From Octopus vulgaris (Eukaryota), in contig OX597836.1 in NCBI GenBank assembly GCA_951406725.2, positions 30,442,001 through 30,506,000 on the forward strand: DNA of 64,000 bases, given 5' to 3'. The position numbers were made by a program, and so were the translations under genes. Below, in pieces: positions 12,975 through 26,457 of the stretch. Below the pieces are notes generated by a model that did not search any database, had not been told where the DNA came from, and saw only the letters and a program-made list of their open reading frames with translations. Each line of letters begins with the position of its first letter. Within the stretch, counting starts at the first letter, position 1.

Positions 12975-13557
12975 TATAATCATTTAACGTCTGCCTTTGC
13001 CTTGCTTGCATGGGTTTGACAGAATTTCGTTGTGGTGAATTTTCTAGTTGGATGCCCTTCCTGTTGCCAACTCTCACCTGTTTCCAAGCAAGATAATATT
13101 CCCCATAACCAGACATGTTTCCATGGAAAATTATGAACAAAAAGCACTGCTTGCAAAACCAGTGACATTGTTGTTTGTTCCTTCTCAAGCCATGCCTGGC
13201 TCATAAATTTCCTTAGCATATAGGTACCCCCTTGGACGGGACGCCGGTCCATTGTAGGTGAGCTGCAAGATGCAGGAGGAAAGAGTGAGAGAAAGTTATG
13301 GCGAAAGAGTCAGCAGAAGTTTGACATTACCTTCTGCCGGAGCCGCGTGGAGCTTAGGTGTTTTTGCTCATAAACACACACATCGCCCGGTCTGAGATTC
13401 GAACCCGCAGTCCCTTGACCGCGAGTCCGCTGCTCTAACCACTAGGCCATGTGCCTCCACACCAGTGACATTCATTTACAACTATTATATGATGTCAAAA
13501 CAAAAAAGACAATAATACACACATGACAGGCTTCTTTTAATTTCCATCTACCAAATT
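12975..13557 (-). mobile_element. SINE A / RTE-tail chimera interrupted by SINE C
   Basis: Collinear with 18347-18768 once 13170-13460 and one TSD copy are removed. Confidence 0.75.
13170..13460 (-). mobile_element. SINE family C, full length with TSD
   Basis: 12-bp TSD accagtgacatt at 13158-13169 and 13461-13472; A and B boxes present. Confidence 0.93.
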
Positions 13558-16446
13558 AGCAATGAAGTAGAACTTATTTACACTGTGAATAAAAACTTTA
13601 TTCAAAGTTTAGCGATGTATTTACTCTGCAGATAAAACAGCATGACAAGGAAATTTACTAACAATGCCATTGGCCTGACAATGAATTTACTGATGATGTA
13701 ACTGGCTTACAGTGTTAATTTCCATACAATGAAATTACGAATGATATATTGAGTGCAATGTGATGAACTCTGATAAATTTACCATTGAACTATTTGACAT
13801 GAAAATGAATTGACCAACAATGTATTGGCTTGTGATATAAATACTGAGCAATGAAACTACGAATGACGAATTTACTCTGACAAAATTAGTCACGATGAAT
13901 TTATTAGACATTGTATGAATTTATCTTTGATCACTCAGTTCAAATAGCTGTAAGCAGGTATGATACATTCCATGTAAAGATTGTAAGAGCTGTACATTTG
14001 AGCCAACAGAGAAACCATGAGTGGCCATTTGATTTGCTAGAAATAGCAGCCACATTTTTTTTTTTACTCTCTTAAAAAAAAGGACACATTTGATATGGTA
14101 ATCCTAGGTACACAATATTTCATTAAAAAAAAGAAAAAAAGGTAGTCATGGATGGATTGTCTTTGATCATAGATCTTCTAAATGGGTGCTGATACAACAA
14201 CATATTTTGTTAGCTCGCAATATTGAAATTCAAGTAATTTTAACACTTCCAGCGCAATATTCTTTTTAGTGGACATAAACCCCTGTGCAGAATATCTTTT
14301 AATGTAATCTAATGAATCTATGGAATGTTACCTTTTAACATCTGTAGAGCAAATACTTCTCAAAATGTTTTCATTTTCTGTCAAATACAAAAATAGCAAG
14401 CTGTTGAATGGTCTATACACAAGGAGATGACCATACTGGACTGCTCCAAAGCATGCTGTGAATTGAAAGAGTTAAAGAACTTAAAGGAGGCAATAGGGTT
14501 ACCTAATTCATTTCTCATGATATCATTGTTTGTCAGCCCTGATTGATCAGATGTATGATTGAAGGTAGTCAAAGTTATGCAGTGACATAATATGGATTTT
14601 TAGTACCCAGGACAAAGAGGCTTTCAGTACCCCCACCTTAATAGGTAGTAAATCAAATGACATTTTGTACCTTTCACACCTACAACCAGGGCGTTTCCCC
14701 AACCTTCTGACCCCCTTGGTATGTTTCTGAGGCCATGACCATTATCATTTTCCTTTTCCTCAAGCAGTGTACTTCAAGAAAGAATTATCTGTGCTCTTCC
14801 GCTTTCTAAGCTGGTAGGGGTGTGATTTGAGAGAAATTTGGTTCCCTGATTCTAATTACAGCCTCATAAGCATCCAGTACCGAATGGAAGCCTTACTTAG
14901 AGCCCAGCTAAAAAAAATTCCATAATGACAATAATATCATTACGTTATGGATTAAATCATCAGACAGATTTCTCTAAATTGCAAATTTTTGCTATTAATT
15001 GTTCAGGGAAGCATACAAACAAACAAGCCAACAAACTAAAGCCAAACATTTCTCCAGTTCTCTTTCGAAGCAATCTTAGCAAGGAAAAAAAATATAAAAA
15101 GACACATAAGACCACATTAAGAAAATTCTTAATTCATCAGAAGGAATATGAAATTCCTTTTCTCTGCCATTCCTTAATACTCAAAAGACATGCAAATATC
15201 ATACTTTATATAAAACAAGGCACATAAAGAAAGCTTCATTGGTTTGCTGTAATCCAATTTGCCCAACAAACTAATCTATCAGAGGAATTTCCCAATAGAA
15301 ACTTGTTGAAAAGCAGATCTTACATGATAATCTCTCCCCCTCTGCTTCCTCACAAATGCACATGGAGGCACATACACACACAAACACACACACACAATAC
15401 ACATACATACACACTTTCTCAATCACTCAGTCACTCACAAATTTTGAAGATAAGATTCCTAAAATATGACTCATGGGGGAAAATAAAAGCCTGTGTATAA
15501 ATTCAGGTCATTTTGAAAAACATATCCAAAAATTATGTTCAATAAGGGAAAATAATACTGATAACTGATGATGAAAAAAAAAAAAAAACTTTTCTAATAA
15601 GAAGGGCTTGATAAAAATATAATATATATAGCATTGCTCTAACTCCTTTCTTCAAAGATTTTTTTTCATGCAATCAATATTCAGAGGGCCTTTATCACAC
15701 CCACAGTTACTTCCAGTAACATGCAGTAAATTATATCCGGATTTGTTCACTTCTTGTTCTGTGGAGGCAGGAGTATTATATATATATATATATGTGTGTG
15801 TATGTGTGTGTGTGTGTACATGTATATGTACATGTATACATACCTATATTGGCACATTTATATATAGCTGTGTGTGTGTGTATTAACTTACCTATTTTCC
15901 CCTTTAAAGAAATAAAGAAATTAATATGTATTGATATATCATATTGTAGTATTGATGGGAAAAGGATTTCAGCCTCAATCTCAAGCAGGTTTTTTTATGC
16001 AAAGAATGTTCGTGGATATTATTGACCACAAAACAGCTGGCTGTTGATTGAAAATGAAACCAATATGTGCAGCAGAAGTGTATGTATGTATGTATGTATG
16101 TGTGTGTCCTTTCTGTAGACACAGATGAAGGTGGGGAGCAAACCCTGAAAAAGGGCATGGAGAATATTTCCACAGGAAGGTATCAAGAATTTGAAATTTC
16201 TAAAGTGAGTTAAATTTAGATGCAGTAAAGCAGCAGTAGGAAGCAACTAATGTAAATAAATATTTTGAAAGTTAAGATGTCTTATATCATATTTTTTTAA
16301 GAAAAATTAAGGGGAAGCCTGCCAAAATTCTCTTAGTATCATGATTATTATTATCATTATTATTATCATTATTCTCAATGATACACATATGTTAAATACA
16401 TAATATAAAGATTTTACTATTATTATTATTATTATCAGTAGTAGCA

Positions 16447-16900
16447 CAGTGGCAAGCTGGCAGGATTGTTAACACATTGGACAAAATACTTAGCAGTATT
16501 TTGCCCTTACTACGTTCTGAGTTCAAATTCCACCAAGCTCAGCTTTGCCTCCCATCCTTTTGGGGTAAATAAAATAAGTACCAGTTGAACACTGAGGTCA
16601 ATGTAATCAACTAACCCCCTGCCCCAAAATTGCTGCCATTGTGGCAAAATTTGAAACCAGTAGTAGTAGTAGTAGTAGTAGTAGTAATATAACAAGCTGG
16701 CAGAATTGTTAACATACTGCACAAAACACTTAGTATTTCTTTCAGCTTTTTTTCTGAGTTCAAATTCTACCAAAGTCAACTTTGCCTATCATCCCTTTTT
16801 GAGGGTCCATAAAATAAGTGCTAGTTGAGCACTGGAGTCGATATAATTGAGTGACCACCTCCACTGAAATTTCAAGGCCTTGTGCCTATGCTAGAAAGAA
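16447..16900 (+). mobile_element. Two tandem SINE family B copies separated by (tag)n
   Basis: Each has agctggcag..gttaacac or gttaacat, ttctgagttcaaattc, ctttgcct..catcc and aaataagt. Confidence 0.85.
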
Positions 16901-17829
16901 TTATCTTTACTTCTGTACCAAGTATTTCTTACTAAAGAACAGGAAAATAAAAAAAGGAAAGATATTTACACAGTTATTGTACACACCAAGTTTTTCTTCC
17001 CTCTTCACTTTTTTTCTTATACCTATTATACAATCAGCTGAATAGAATTCACTTCAGAATACTAATGGGGGGGAGGGGTTGAATAAGAAATAGGTGGGGA
17101 GACAAAAAGAGAAAAAAAATAATTGTGCAAAATCTTTTTTTTTTTTTTTTATTAAATAAGATGTTCATAACTAGCATCGTAACATTCCAATAATTTTCTT
17201 TGATATTTTTTTGTATGTAATTTTTCTCTATGCTAGTACAAATTGCACGGTTTATGAATCCAGATATCTGTATAATTGTCGAAGCAGATGTTTTATAGCT
17301 TTCTAGTACGAACCATAAAATGTTTGTAACAGCTATTTTTTTCCCTTCCAAGCAAGAATCACTAAAGCAATTGGAAATAATTTCTGTACAACAAAACAGA
17401 GCTTTCTTAGTCTCTGTTTCGATTTCTGTATTTCACTGGGTATAAGATATAGCAGTGTAGTTTAGAGAGTCGTATCACAATCACATGGTTTTAGGTTTAG
17501 TTTTAATGCACAGCATCTTGGACAACTGTTTTCTACCTGCTGTAGTCTTAAGTTAACTCCGCCAAAGCCAGCCCCAAACCCACTTGAAAAAGGAAGAGGG
17601 ATGTGCAAGGAGATAGCAATCCTACACCATAATTTTAAGTTGATCAATACATTGTGAATGGAATTTAGTAGAAGGAAACTATATGGAAGCTCACTGCATG
17701 CATGTGTCTATTTTATTTTTCTATTTGTTTTGCAAGCTTTTCAATGGAAAATCACATTGAAACAAATATTACACACACACACATTTAGTTAACTAATTAA
17801 TCAATTATGCAAATACAAGCTTGGCCATA

Positions 17830-18177
17830 TAGACACAGGCATAGCTGTATAGTAAAGCATATGCTTTCCAACTACATGGCTCCGGGTTCAGTCCCACTGT
17901 GTGGTACTTTGGGCAAGTGTCTTTTACTGTTGTCATGAGCCAACAAAAGGTTTGTGAGTGGATTTGGTAGATGGAAACTGAAAGAAGTATGTTACAAGTG
18001 TTGGTTTGTTTATGTCCCCATGATTTAGCAGTTTAGCAAAAAGAGACCAATGGAATAAGTACCAGGCTTAAAAAAGTAAGTACTGGGGTTAATTTCTTCA
18101 ACTAATCACTTCAAGGAGGAGCCCAGCATGGCCACCACAGTATAATGACTGAAATAAGTAAAAGATAAAAGATAAAG
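17830..18177 (+). mobile_element. SINE A
   Basis: Head, core and (gataaaa)n tail. Confidence 0.85.
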
Positions 18178-18346
18178 TAACTAATCAATTGTATGATTAA
18201 CCATTTGATCAATCAACCAATTAATTGGTTATTTTCACAGCCATTCATGCTTCATCAAATGATGCACCCTCATTACTACAAGTCTGATCCATTGTCTCTC
18301 TGAAATAGAATGAATCAAGGCGTGTGCCAAAATACAATACAGTATC

Positions 18347-18768
18347 ATTGATATCATCGTTTTATGTCCACTTTTCCATGCTCACATAGATTGGGTGGAA
18401 TTTACTGAGGCAGATTTTCTACAGTTGGATGCCCTTCCTGTCACCAACCCTCACCTGTTTCCAAGTAAAGTAACATTTCTCCATGACCAGACATGTTTCC
18501 ACAGAATATTGAAAACAAAGGACAACATTTACAACAGTGACATTTGTTTACAATTATCACATGATGTCAAGGCAAGGAGATAATAAAACACACACACATA
18601 TTTATGACAGGTTTCCATGCAGTTTCCATCTACCAAATCCCTTTACAAGGCTTTGGTTGTCCTGAGGTTATAAAAGAAGACTCTTGCCCAAGGTGTCATG
18701 TAGTGGGACTGAACCCTGAATTATGTGGTGGGGAAGTAAGATTCTAAGCGCACAGCTAAGCCTGCACC
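18347..18768 (-). mobile_element. SINE A head with RTE tail, complete chimeric SINE
   Basis: Head ggtgcaggcttagctgtg continues to tail catggaaaagtggacataaacgatgat. Confidence 0.8.
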
Positions 18769-19570
18769 AGTGTGTGTGCAGTCAGTTTTTAGAATAGGTA
18801 GACTGCATTCCTGCATATAAACCTGACAAAAGCAGCTGGTAACAGGAAGGTTATCGAGCTGTAAAACACTAAGAAAAACATTGCAGCCCACCCATCCCAG
18901 CATAGAAATGCAGACGCAATCAAGTAGTGAAACAATTTCAGAAATAATAATTACAACTTCTAAATAACACCATCCAACATATTTTATGGCTATAAAGACT
19001 AGCAAGCTTGCCTGTTATGCTGCACTGGGGAAACATGTACAGAATTGATTTGCTTTTGGCTGATCTGAAAATGGCAAATGAAGAGACACCCAGAATAATT
19101 AGTAAACATAGATCTATGCATATGGTTTGTTAAATGTGATGCTATGAGTATCCAACAGAATGAAATGTCACCTTTCAGTAAGTAAATTAACATCCCAATG
19201 CTGAAGCATGTATTGTGTAGTTAGGATATTTCATACATTTGACACAGTCCAATGCATAGAAATAAATAAATAACATATGATGGATGATATAACAGAAGTA
19301 ATGTAACCCAGAACAGACAACATAAGAAATAATGCATTACATATTTGCTTAATCGGTTGTTGAACAGAATGGTGCAGTAGAAGTGCACAATGCCCATAAT
19401 CTAGAGGTTCATAGACCAAATCTATGTTCTGTAAAGAAATGAAAACTATTTTTTACATTTATACATTACAAATGAATTGTCTACAAATATACCAAATACA
19501 CATATAATACATATGCAGGGGTAGGCACAAATTGTATTATGCAAAAATTATATTATATAAGAGTTTCTGG

Positions 19571-19614
<44 letters not shown>

Positions 19615-19685
19615 AACGGTAAGATAACAAAAGAAAGAAAGAGACCTCAGTATTATGTAAATAATAGGAATTTATCTGTAAATAT

Positions 19686-19756
19686 GGCCAGATAACCGAA
19701 GAGATGGTGGTGTGGATTTCCACCTTGGCATCCGAAACTCAGAGTTTTATCTTGGC
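19686..19756 (+). ncRNA. Hammerhead-ribozyme-like fold, type I with U4C core
   Basis: Stem I AGAUAA/UUAUCU; core CCGAAGA; stem II GAUG/CAUC with inner GGUGG/CCACC; GAAA; stem III ACUC-A-GAGU; cleavage triplet GUU. Confidence 0.6.
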
Positions 19757-19974
19757 TACTGAATAATTGTCACATATTATTTTACAGATATCCCTCTCTC
19801 TCTTTCGGAGAGGCACTGAGCAGCTATACGCACACATACACACACGGCAGTAACTTCCACCTACCGAATTCAATCACAAAGCTCCGGTCGGCTCGGGGCT
19901 ATAGTGGAAGACACCTACCCAAAGTGCCACACAGTGGGAATGAACCCGAAACCATGTAGCTAGGAAGCAAGCTC

Positions 19975-20047
<73 letters not shown>

Positions 20048-20123
20048 CTGGAGTAAGCACATAAATGTGAAACTAGGTGGAAAAAAGAGTATTCCCATTC
20101 ATCGGACAGTTTTGTTATCAAAA

Positions 20124-20161
20124 CGGTCTGACGAACAGGAACATGAAACTCTGAGTAACAG
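20124..20161 (+). ncRNA. Hammerhead-ribozyme-like motif with intact core and decayed stem II
   Basis: CUGACGA at 20128-20134, GAAA at 20145-20148, ACUC-U-GAGU-A; stem I cggu/acag has one mismatch. Confidence 0.55.
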
Positions 20162-20194
20162 CTTTTGTTAGATTTCTGCTACTATTTCTATCAG

Positions 20195-20353
20195 ATGCAA
20201 ACATGGCTGTGTGGTAAGAAGTTGGCTTCCCAGCCACATGATTCTAGATTCAATTCCACAGCATGGCAACTTGGAAAAGTGTCTTTGACTATAATCATGG
20301 GCCAATCATAGCCTTGTGAGAAGATTTAATAGATGGAAACCGAAAGAAACTTG

Positions 20354-20389
<36 letters not shown>

Positions 20390-20600
20390 TTGTCCCCCAC
20401 CACTACTTGACAACCATTATTGGTTTGTTTATATCCCTGTAACTTAGCAGTTTAGTAAAAAAAAAAGAAAGACCAATAGAATAAATAAAAGGCTTAAGAA
20501 AAAAAAATTACTGAGATTGATTCATTTGACTAAAATTACTCAAGGCAGGGCTCCAGGATTGCTGCAGTCTAATGACTGAAACAAGTTAAAGATAAAAGAT
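20195..20600 (+). mobile_element. SINE A
   Basis: Head, central (TG)n and cagtctaatgactgaaacaag tail. Confidence 0.85.
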
Positions 20601-20639
20601 ATATATATGTGTGTGTGTGTGTATTATATATTTATATAT

Positions 20640-20858
20640 AGTTAATCCAAACATGAAAACACAAAGAGGAAACACAACAACGTGAGGACATGGAACAAAT
20701 ATAGTATTATTGGACGCTCAGGAAGGAAGGAAAGAAGGAGGGTTTAATGTTTTGAGCGGAGCTCTTCATCAGAAACACAGGAGAAGGAAAGATCCAGAGA
20801 AGGGAAGACAGAGGAAAAAAAAAAAATCGCCAGCGGTACACATGCGGTCACATTTTGA
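20640..20858 (-). mobile_element. Penelope-like terminal-repeat fragment in (TA)n with hammerhead-like motif at 20742-20776
   Basis: Homologous to 45522-45724. Minus strand reads gttt-ctgatga-a-gagc-tcc-gctc-aaaac-att-aaac. The Penelope assignment is an inference. Confidence 0.65.
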
Positions 20859-21464
20859 ATATATATATATATATCTTGCAGTGGTTTTTGTGGTCAAGCA
20901 ATACACACCAAGGTTCAGAGAAATAAGATCACCTGACGTTCCCAGTTCAATCACTACCAAAGATGACATTTCAAAAAAACAGCAAGGGGCTACCTAGGAG
21001 TCACGACCTAGGTGAGCCTGGCTCTCTTAGAATGTCAGAAACCAATGGGCCAAAGCACTTGCTTAAAGAGAGTATTTTCTCTAAAGACCTCTCCTGCTGC
21101 CTGTTTCCCCTGTACCAAGTTTCCACTTACTACTGGAAGTGAAATACATTTGGCTACTTCGTAGAAAGATGGTTGACAAATGTTTAGAACTGAAGGCATT
21201 TTGCTGACTCTGAAAAGAATGATAAGGATATGGATAGAGAGCATGACAGTGAAGAGGTCTGCATGTGATAGCGTCAGAGATTCCAAGACACCATTTGGAG
21301 AAAGTGTGTTAAGTTTTGAGGAGAAACATATCAAAATAGCATAAATACTTTAGCAAAGAGGTTTTTCTCTTCCACTTCATTGTATTGAATCATTTATCTA
21401 TCTTGAAGAGTTGGTCTTTTTTTTTTTTTTTATTCATCAATTGTAATATGTGGATGTATTTGTG

Positions 21465-21530
<66 letters not shown>

Positions 21531-21757
21531 TATATATATATATGTACACACACATATATATATATACACACACATATATATATATATATGTACACACATA
21601 TATATATATATGTACACACATAGATATATATATATATATGTACACATATATATATATATATATGTACACACACATATATATATATATGTACACACATATA
21701 TATATATATATGTACACACATATATATATATATGTACACACATATATATATATATGT

Positions 21758-21803
<46 letters not shown>

Positions 21804-21840
21804 GTACACACACACATATATATATATATATATACATACA
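21465..21840. repeat. Higher-order microsatellite [(ta)n-tgtacacaca]n
   Basis: Seen directly. Confidence 0.95.
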
Positions 21841-22514
21841 CATGTTTATACCTGTGAATATGTAAATATACATACACAAACATATATATATACACTCACA
21901 ATATGTATGCGTGTATGTGTGCATGTAAACAGAAGCTATTTATTGAATGCAGTCAGTTACTATATCAAGAGATGATATAAGACGAAAAGTAGTAAAAATA
22001 AAAACAAAACACACATACACACACACACACAAAAGAAACAAAAATCTATTGTAGCAGACTTTACTTTAATACTAATATAGAGTGAAGAATTTGTTATTCA
22101 ATTTGCACCTGCTAGTTGTTATTGGAATAAAGGGAAATCAACGAAAGATGGGTTATCAGTTACCACAATGCAAATTGTAATTGAAAAGATCTTAGGAAAT
22201 ACAAAAAAAAAAGTTAAAACAAAACAAATAAAAAATAAAAGTGTTATTGACTTATTGACTTATTTCTATTTTATATCCTGCGTTTTTGTGAACAATAGCA
22301 CTGTTGGTTACATGTTTTCAAAGGGGCCAATCACTAGTTCACTGCATTTACGACGGAGAGAATGACAAGGGAAGGGGTATACCACCAAGTTTTCTTTTTT
22401 TTTTCTTTTCTTGAAAGCACTGATTTATTGGGTTTTTTCCCCACTGATGTTTACATCTTTTGCCAGTATACATCAATGAGGGACAATGAGGGATATATAT
22501 ATATATATAGATAT

Positions 22515-22549
<35 letters not shown>

Positions 22550-22796
22550 CATACATACATACATACACACACACACATACACTAGAGCTATGTGCACATG
22601 TGTGTGTGTGTGTGTGTTGGTGGGTGGGTGCATGTGTACTTCATGATAATTTAAAGTCCGCTTTTCATATGGACATGGGTTGGAGAGTTTCACAGGATCA
22701 GGTGAGCTTAACGGTTGCACCAGGCATCTGTGGTCAGTTGCATGTTTTCGATGACTAGATGCCCTTCCTAATGCCAACCACATATCACTGCTAGCA

Positions 22797-23097
22797 GAGT
22801 TGTGTGGCTTAGTGGTTAGGGTGTTGGACATGAGTCCAACACCCCAAACCACTTGTGGTTTCAATTCCAGGACTGGGAACACGATCTCAGATCAAATTAC
22901 TTGCTATGCGAGTACATCGAAACATATTGTGTTCTTGAGCAAAACACTTCATTTCACATTGCTCCAGTCCACTCAGCTGGCAAAAATGAGTAATCCTGTG
23001 ACAGACTGGTGTCTCATCCAGGTGGGCATTGTATACGTCATGAAACCAGTCCTTATGAGTCAGCATGACTCAAGAAGGTAAATTTAGCTTTACCTTT
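22797..23097 (+). mobile_element. SINE family D nested in an RTE-tail element
   Basis: gtggcttagtggttagg head, ttcttgagcaaaacactt core, ccttatgagtc tail. RTE-tail sequence flanks both sides (22640-22795 and from 23099). Confidence 0.8.
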
Positions 23098-23429
23098 AAC
23101 TAAGAGGGTATACTGGGTGCATTTTTTTTCATGCCACCAGCATTAGGGAGGTAGGCTAGTAAGTTGCAAGACAAGAACAAAAAGGAGAAAAAGGTCCCTG
23201 AACTAAGGGGGGGGGTATTAGGTGTAAGAGAGGTGGCTTTATGCCTGGTGCTTGAGAAGCTGAAGCATGATAGAGTGATAAACAGAGGTGGCTTTCTATA
23301 GAGGAGATACATGTCTACTTCACATCATGAGGTCGAATAGTAGTAGTAGTAGTAGTTGGGAAGAAGACATATATGTTGATTCACCACAAATTGCAGGACT
23401 CAATACACACACACAAACACACATATATA

Positions 23430-23468
<39 letters not shown>

Positions 23469-23596
23469 GCATAATATATATATACATGCCAGCATGGAAA
23501 ACTGACATTAAAGAATGAAGATATATATATTATGGCCTTGTATGTGCTTTCCCATTTATATTACTACAAATATACACACACCTATATATTATATAT

Positions 23597-23631
<35 letters not shown>

Positions 23632-24446
23632 ATAAATTACTACCTACTTTTATAGCAAGTTGATGCAGGTAGTTGATCCCATGCTCCTCTGGCTTTTAGT
23701 TCATGCAATTGAAAAAACTGCATTATTTATGAGGTGGCCCAATATATATGTACACACACACACACACACACTGAACATCCCCTTCAAGAGTAGTCAATTG
23801 TATTCAGCCCATGTACTTTGTCTGGTATTTAATTTATCAATCGCTTTTTACAGACTAGCTAAGTCTTTCTTTGGAACAAGGGAACATAACTCAATATCTA
23901 GTAAGCACAAAATATTTTTCCCACACAACAATTTTCACCAATGTACTCATATGTTTGGCTGGAATAGAGGTAAGGCAATGGTCTGTTAATGCATTACTCC
24001 ATGGAAACAGAAACAGCTGTCCCCTTGTTTTCCCTTTATTGCATGTTAATCTCCCAAAAATGCTGATTGCTTGAGATTATCTATGTTTCTCACTCAGAGT
24101 TAGATGCAATTTCTGCTAGGTATTTGTTTACTTTCTCTCCAAGCAAATAATTTCAATAAATTCTCCTTGCAAGAGACAATGGAGAAGAAATTTCAAGCTC
24201 AAAGCGTTGTGCAATGGAATCAAACCCAGTGTCACAGGGCGATGATGTTTCTGCCTATCATAAAAACAATTACACAGCAATCACATTCTTGTATTTTTAA
24301 TTACAGATAAAAATTACTAAAGACATTAGTAAATTCCAGATTTCAGGAATCCAGTCGAAATTAAGAACTTCAAGCTTCTTTATTACTTATTCAGTATTCA
24401 AATAGCAATTTAAAATTGTCAGTAATAATGCTTTAGTAAATAAATT

Positions 24447-24672
24447 TTAATTATTTTAATATCAACCAGAGACCACCTCTGGTTCTATGATATAAATTTG
24501 CTCTTTTAAGGTGATCTAAATTAAAACCTTCCTTTAAAATTTCATTATAATTTATGCTCTAAATACCTGCTTAATTGCAACAACGTAATTTTTCAAATTC
24601 TCCATAATTTTTAAAATTAACTGAAACAAAGACAGTTGTATTTCAACAGAAATTTATTAACAAAAGAGCTAA
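24447..24672 (-). mobile_element. MITE family F, decayed
   Basis: Reverse-complement match to 59854-60078. Confidence 0.6.
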
Positions 24673-26457
24673 TGGAGAGTTTAGAGAGCTTTATTAAAAT
24701 ATGATTGCAAGCAAAGCAATGGAGCTAGTAAAAGTAATAAATATTCTTTCAATTCTTTTACTGTTTCACTCCCAGAACTGTGGCCTTGATAGAGCACACC
24801 CATCAAAGGTTTTAGTCAATTATATTGACCCGCAATACTTAGGGCTTATTTTACTGATCTCTGTTTAGAGAATGGCTAAATTAAGGTTCAGCAAGAGAGA
24901 CATAATTCAATATCTCAATATCTAAATACTAGAAAGTATTTTTTTTTCATGCACCAATGTTTTGCCAATATGCACTCATATATATACAAAAAGCTTCAGT
25001 ACATTTTCCATAAACAAAATTTCTCTCACAAAGAATATATAGATCCAAGATTATGGTAAAAGATACTGAATGATCTAAGGTGCTGAGCAAATGCAAAACC
25101 ATGTAACTGCAAAGCAAAATGCATATTCTGACAGTTGTAACTTTGATCACCAGGATAATATTGAAATCCACAAATCATTGCATATTTTACAAAAGCAGTG
25201 GCATGGCTGTTTGTTTCAAAAGTTTGCTTCCAAGCCATATGGTTTGAGGCTCAGCAACACAGTACAAGTTCCTTGTGCAAGTGTATTCTACTAAAGCCCT
25301 AAGTCATCTAAAACTTTGTGGGTGGATGTAAGTGCGCAGAAACTAAAAGACAACAACCAATACATGTGTGTAAGTGTAGATGTGTGTATACATGTGTAGC
25401 AAACAAATAAAATAAAATGAAAGGCCAATTGAGAGCATCACTACACATGCTTCAATACCATGGAGACCTAAGGTGCTCTGAACTACCTGTTCACTTTGCT
25501 TTTGCTTACTACATGTTGCATCATGTAAAATATATATCAATTATTTCTTTGATACACACATGGATTTATGGGATACCCTGCACCAGAGAACAACTGTTTA
25601 ATACTATCGACTGCTGATTTTACCAATTCAATTACCAGGAATTTTTTTTATTTTGTCAGAGTAACCTGTCACACCAAAACTTTTACTGTATATATCTGTG
25701 TGTATGGACATGTGTGTGTGCATGTGTCTGTGTTTGCTTACATTAGAAATTACTTGTACAAAAATACTGTTGTTGACAGTTCATCCACGCAACAAATCAT
25801 CAAGGCATGATGTGCCTTTGAAGGTATGCGGAATGAGAGAGCTCTCACTTGGAAAACGGATAAGCATCAGGTTGGCATCAGTAATGAGCATCCAGTGCCA
25901 CAGATAACATATACACTAAACCTGATGCAAGCATGGGAAAGCAGACAAAACTGAATATACGTTTCCTAAATTAAGATGATCGATTGACAGAGCCATTAGA
26001 GCAATAGCTAGAATTATCACCATCTTCATTTTACTTTCCATGATGACATGTGATGGAAAGTGTAACAATATTTACTCTGGCTCTGTGCTCCGAATTCAGA
26101 TCTCACAGAGGTCAACTTTGCCTTTCACTTTTCCAAGGTTGATAAGTACTAGCACAGTAGTAGTAGTACAGCTTTCTCTCTCTCTCTCTGTACTAGTCAC
26201 ATTTTGGATTATTCAGTTGGTCATGACTTAAAGGACAAAAGGAATGACTGTTTACAGATCTTGTAAGTGATATCATTTGAAAACTACAACAATACAAGGA
26301 AGTGCATTGTGACCAGTACTGTACAACACCTAGTACTCTGGTTCACAGTGACACACACACACACACGTTTACATATATCTTATCTTTTACTCGTTTCAGT
26401 CATTAGACTGCAGCCATGTTGGTGCACAGCCTTGAAGAATTTTTATACAGTCATATA

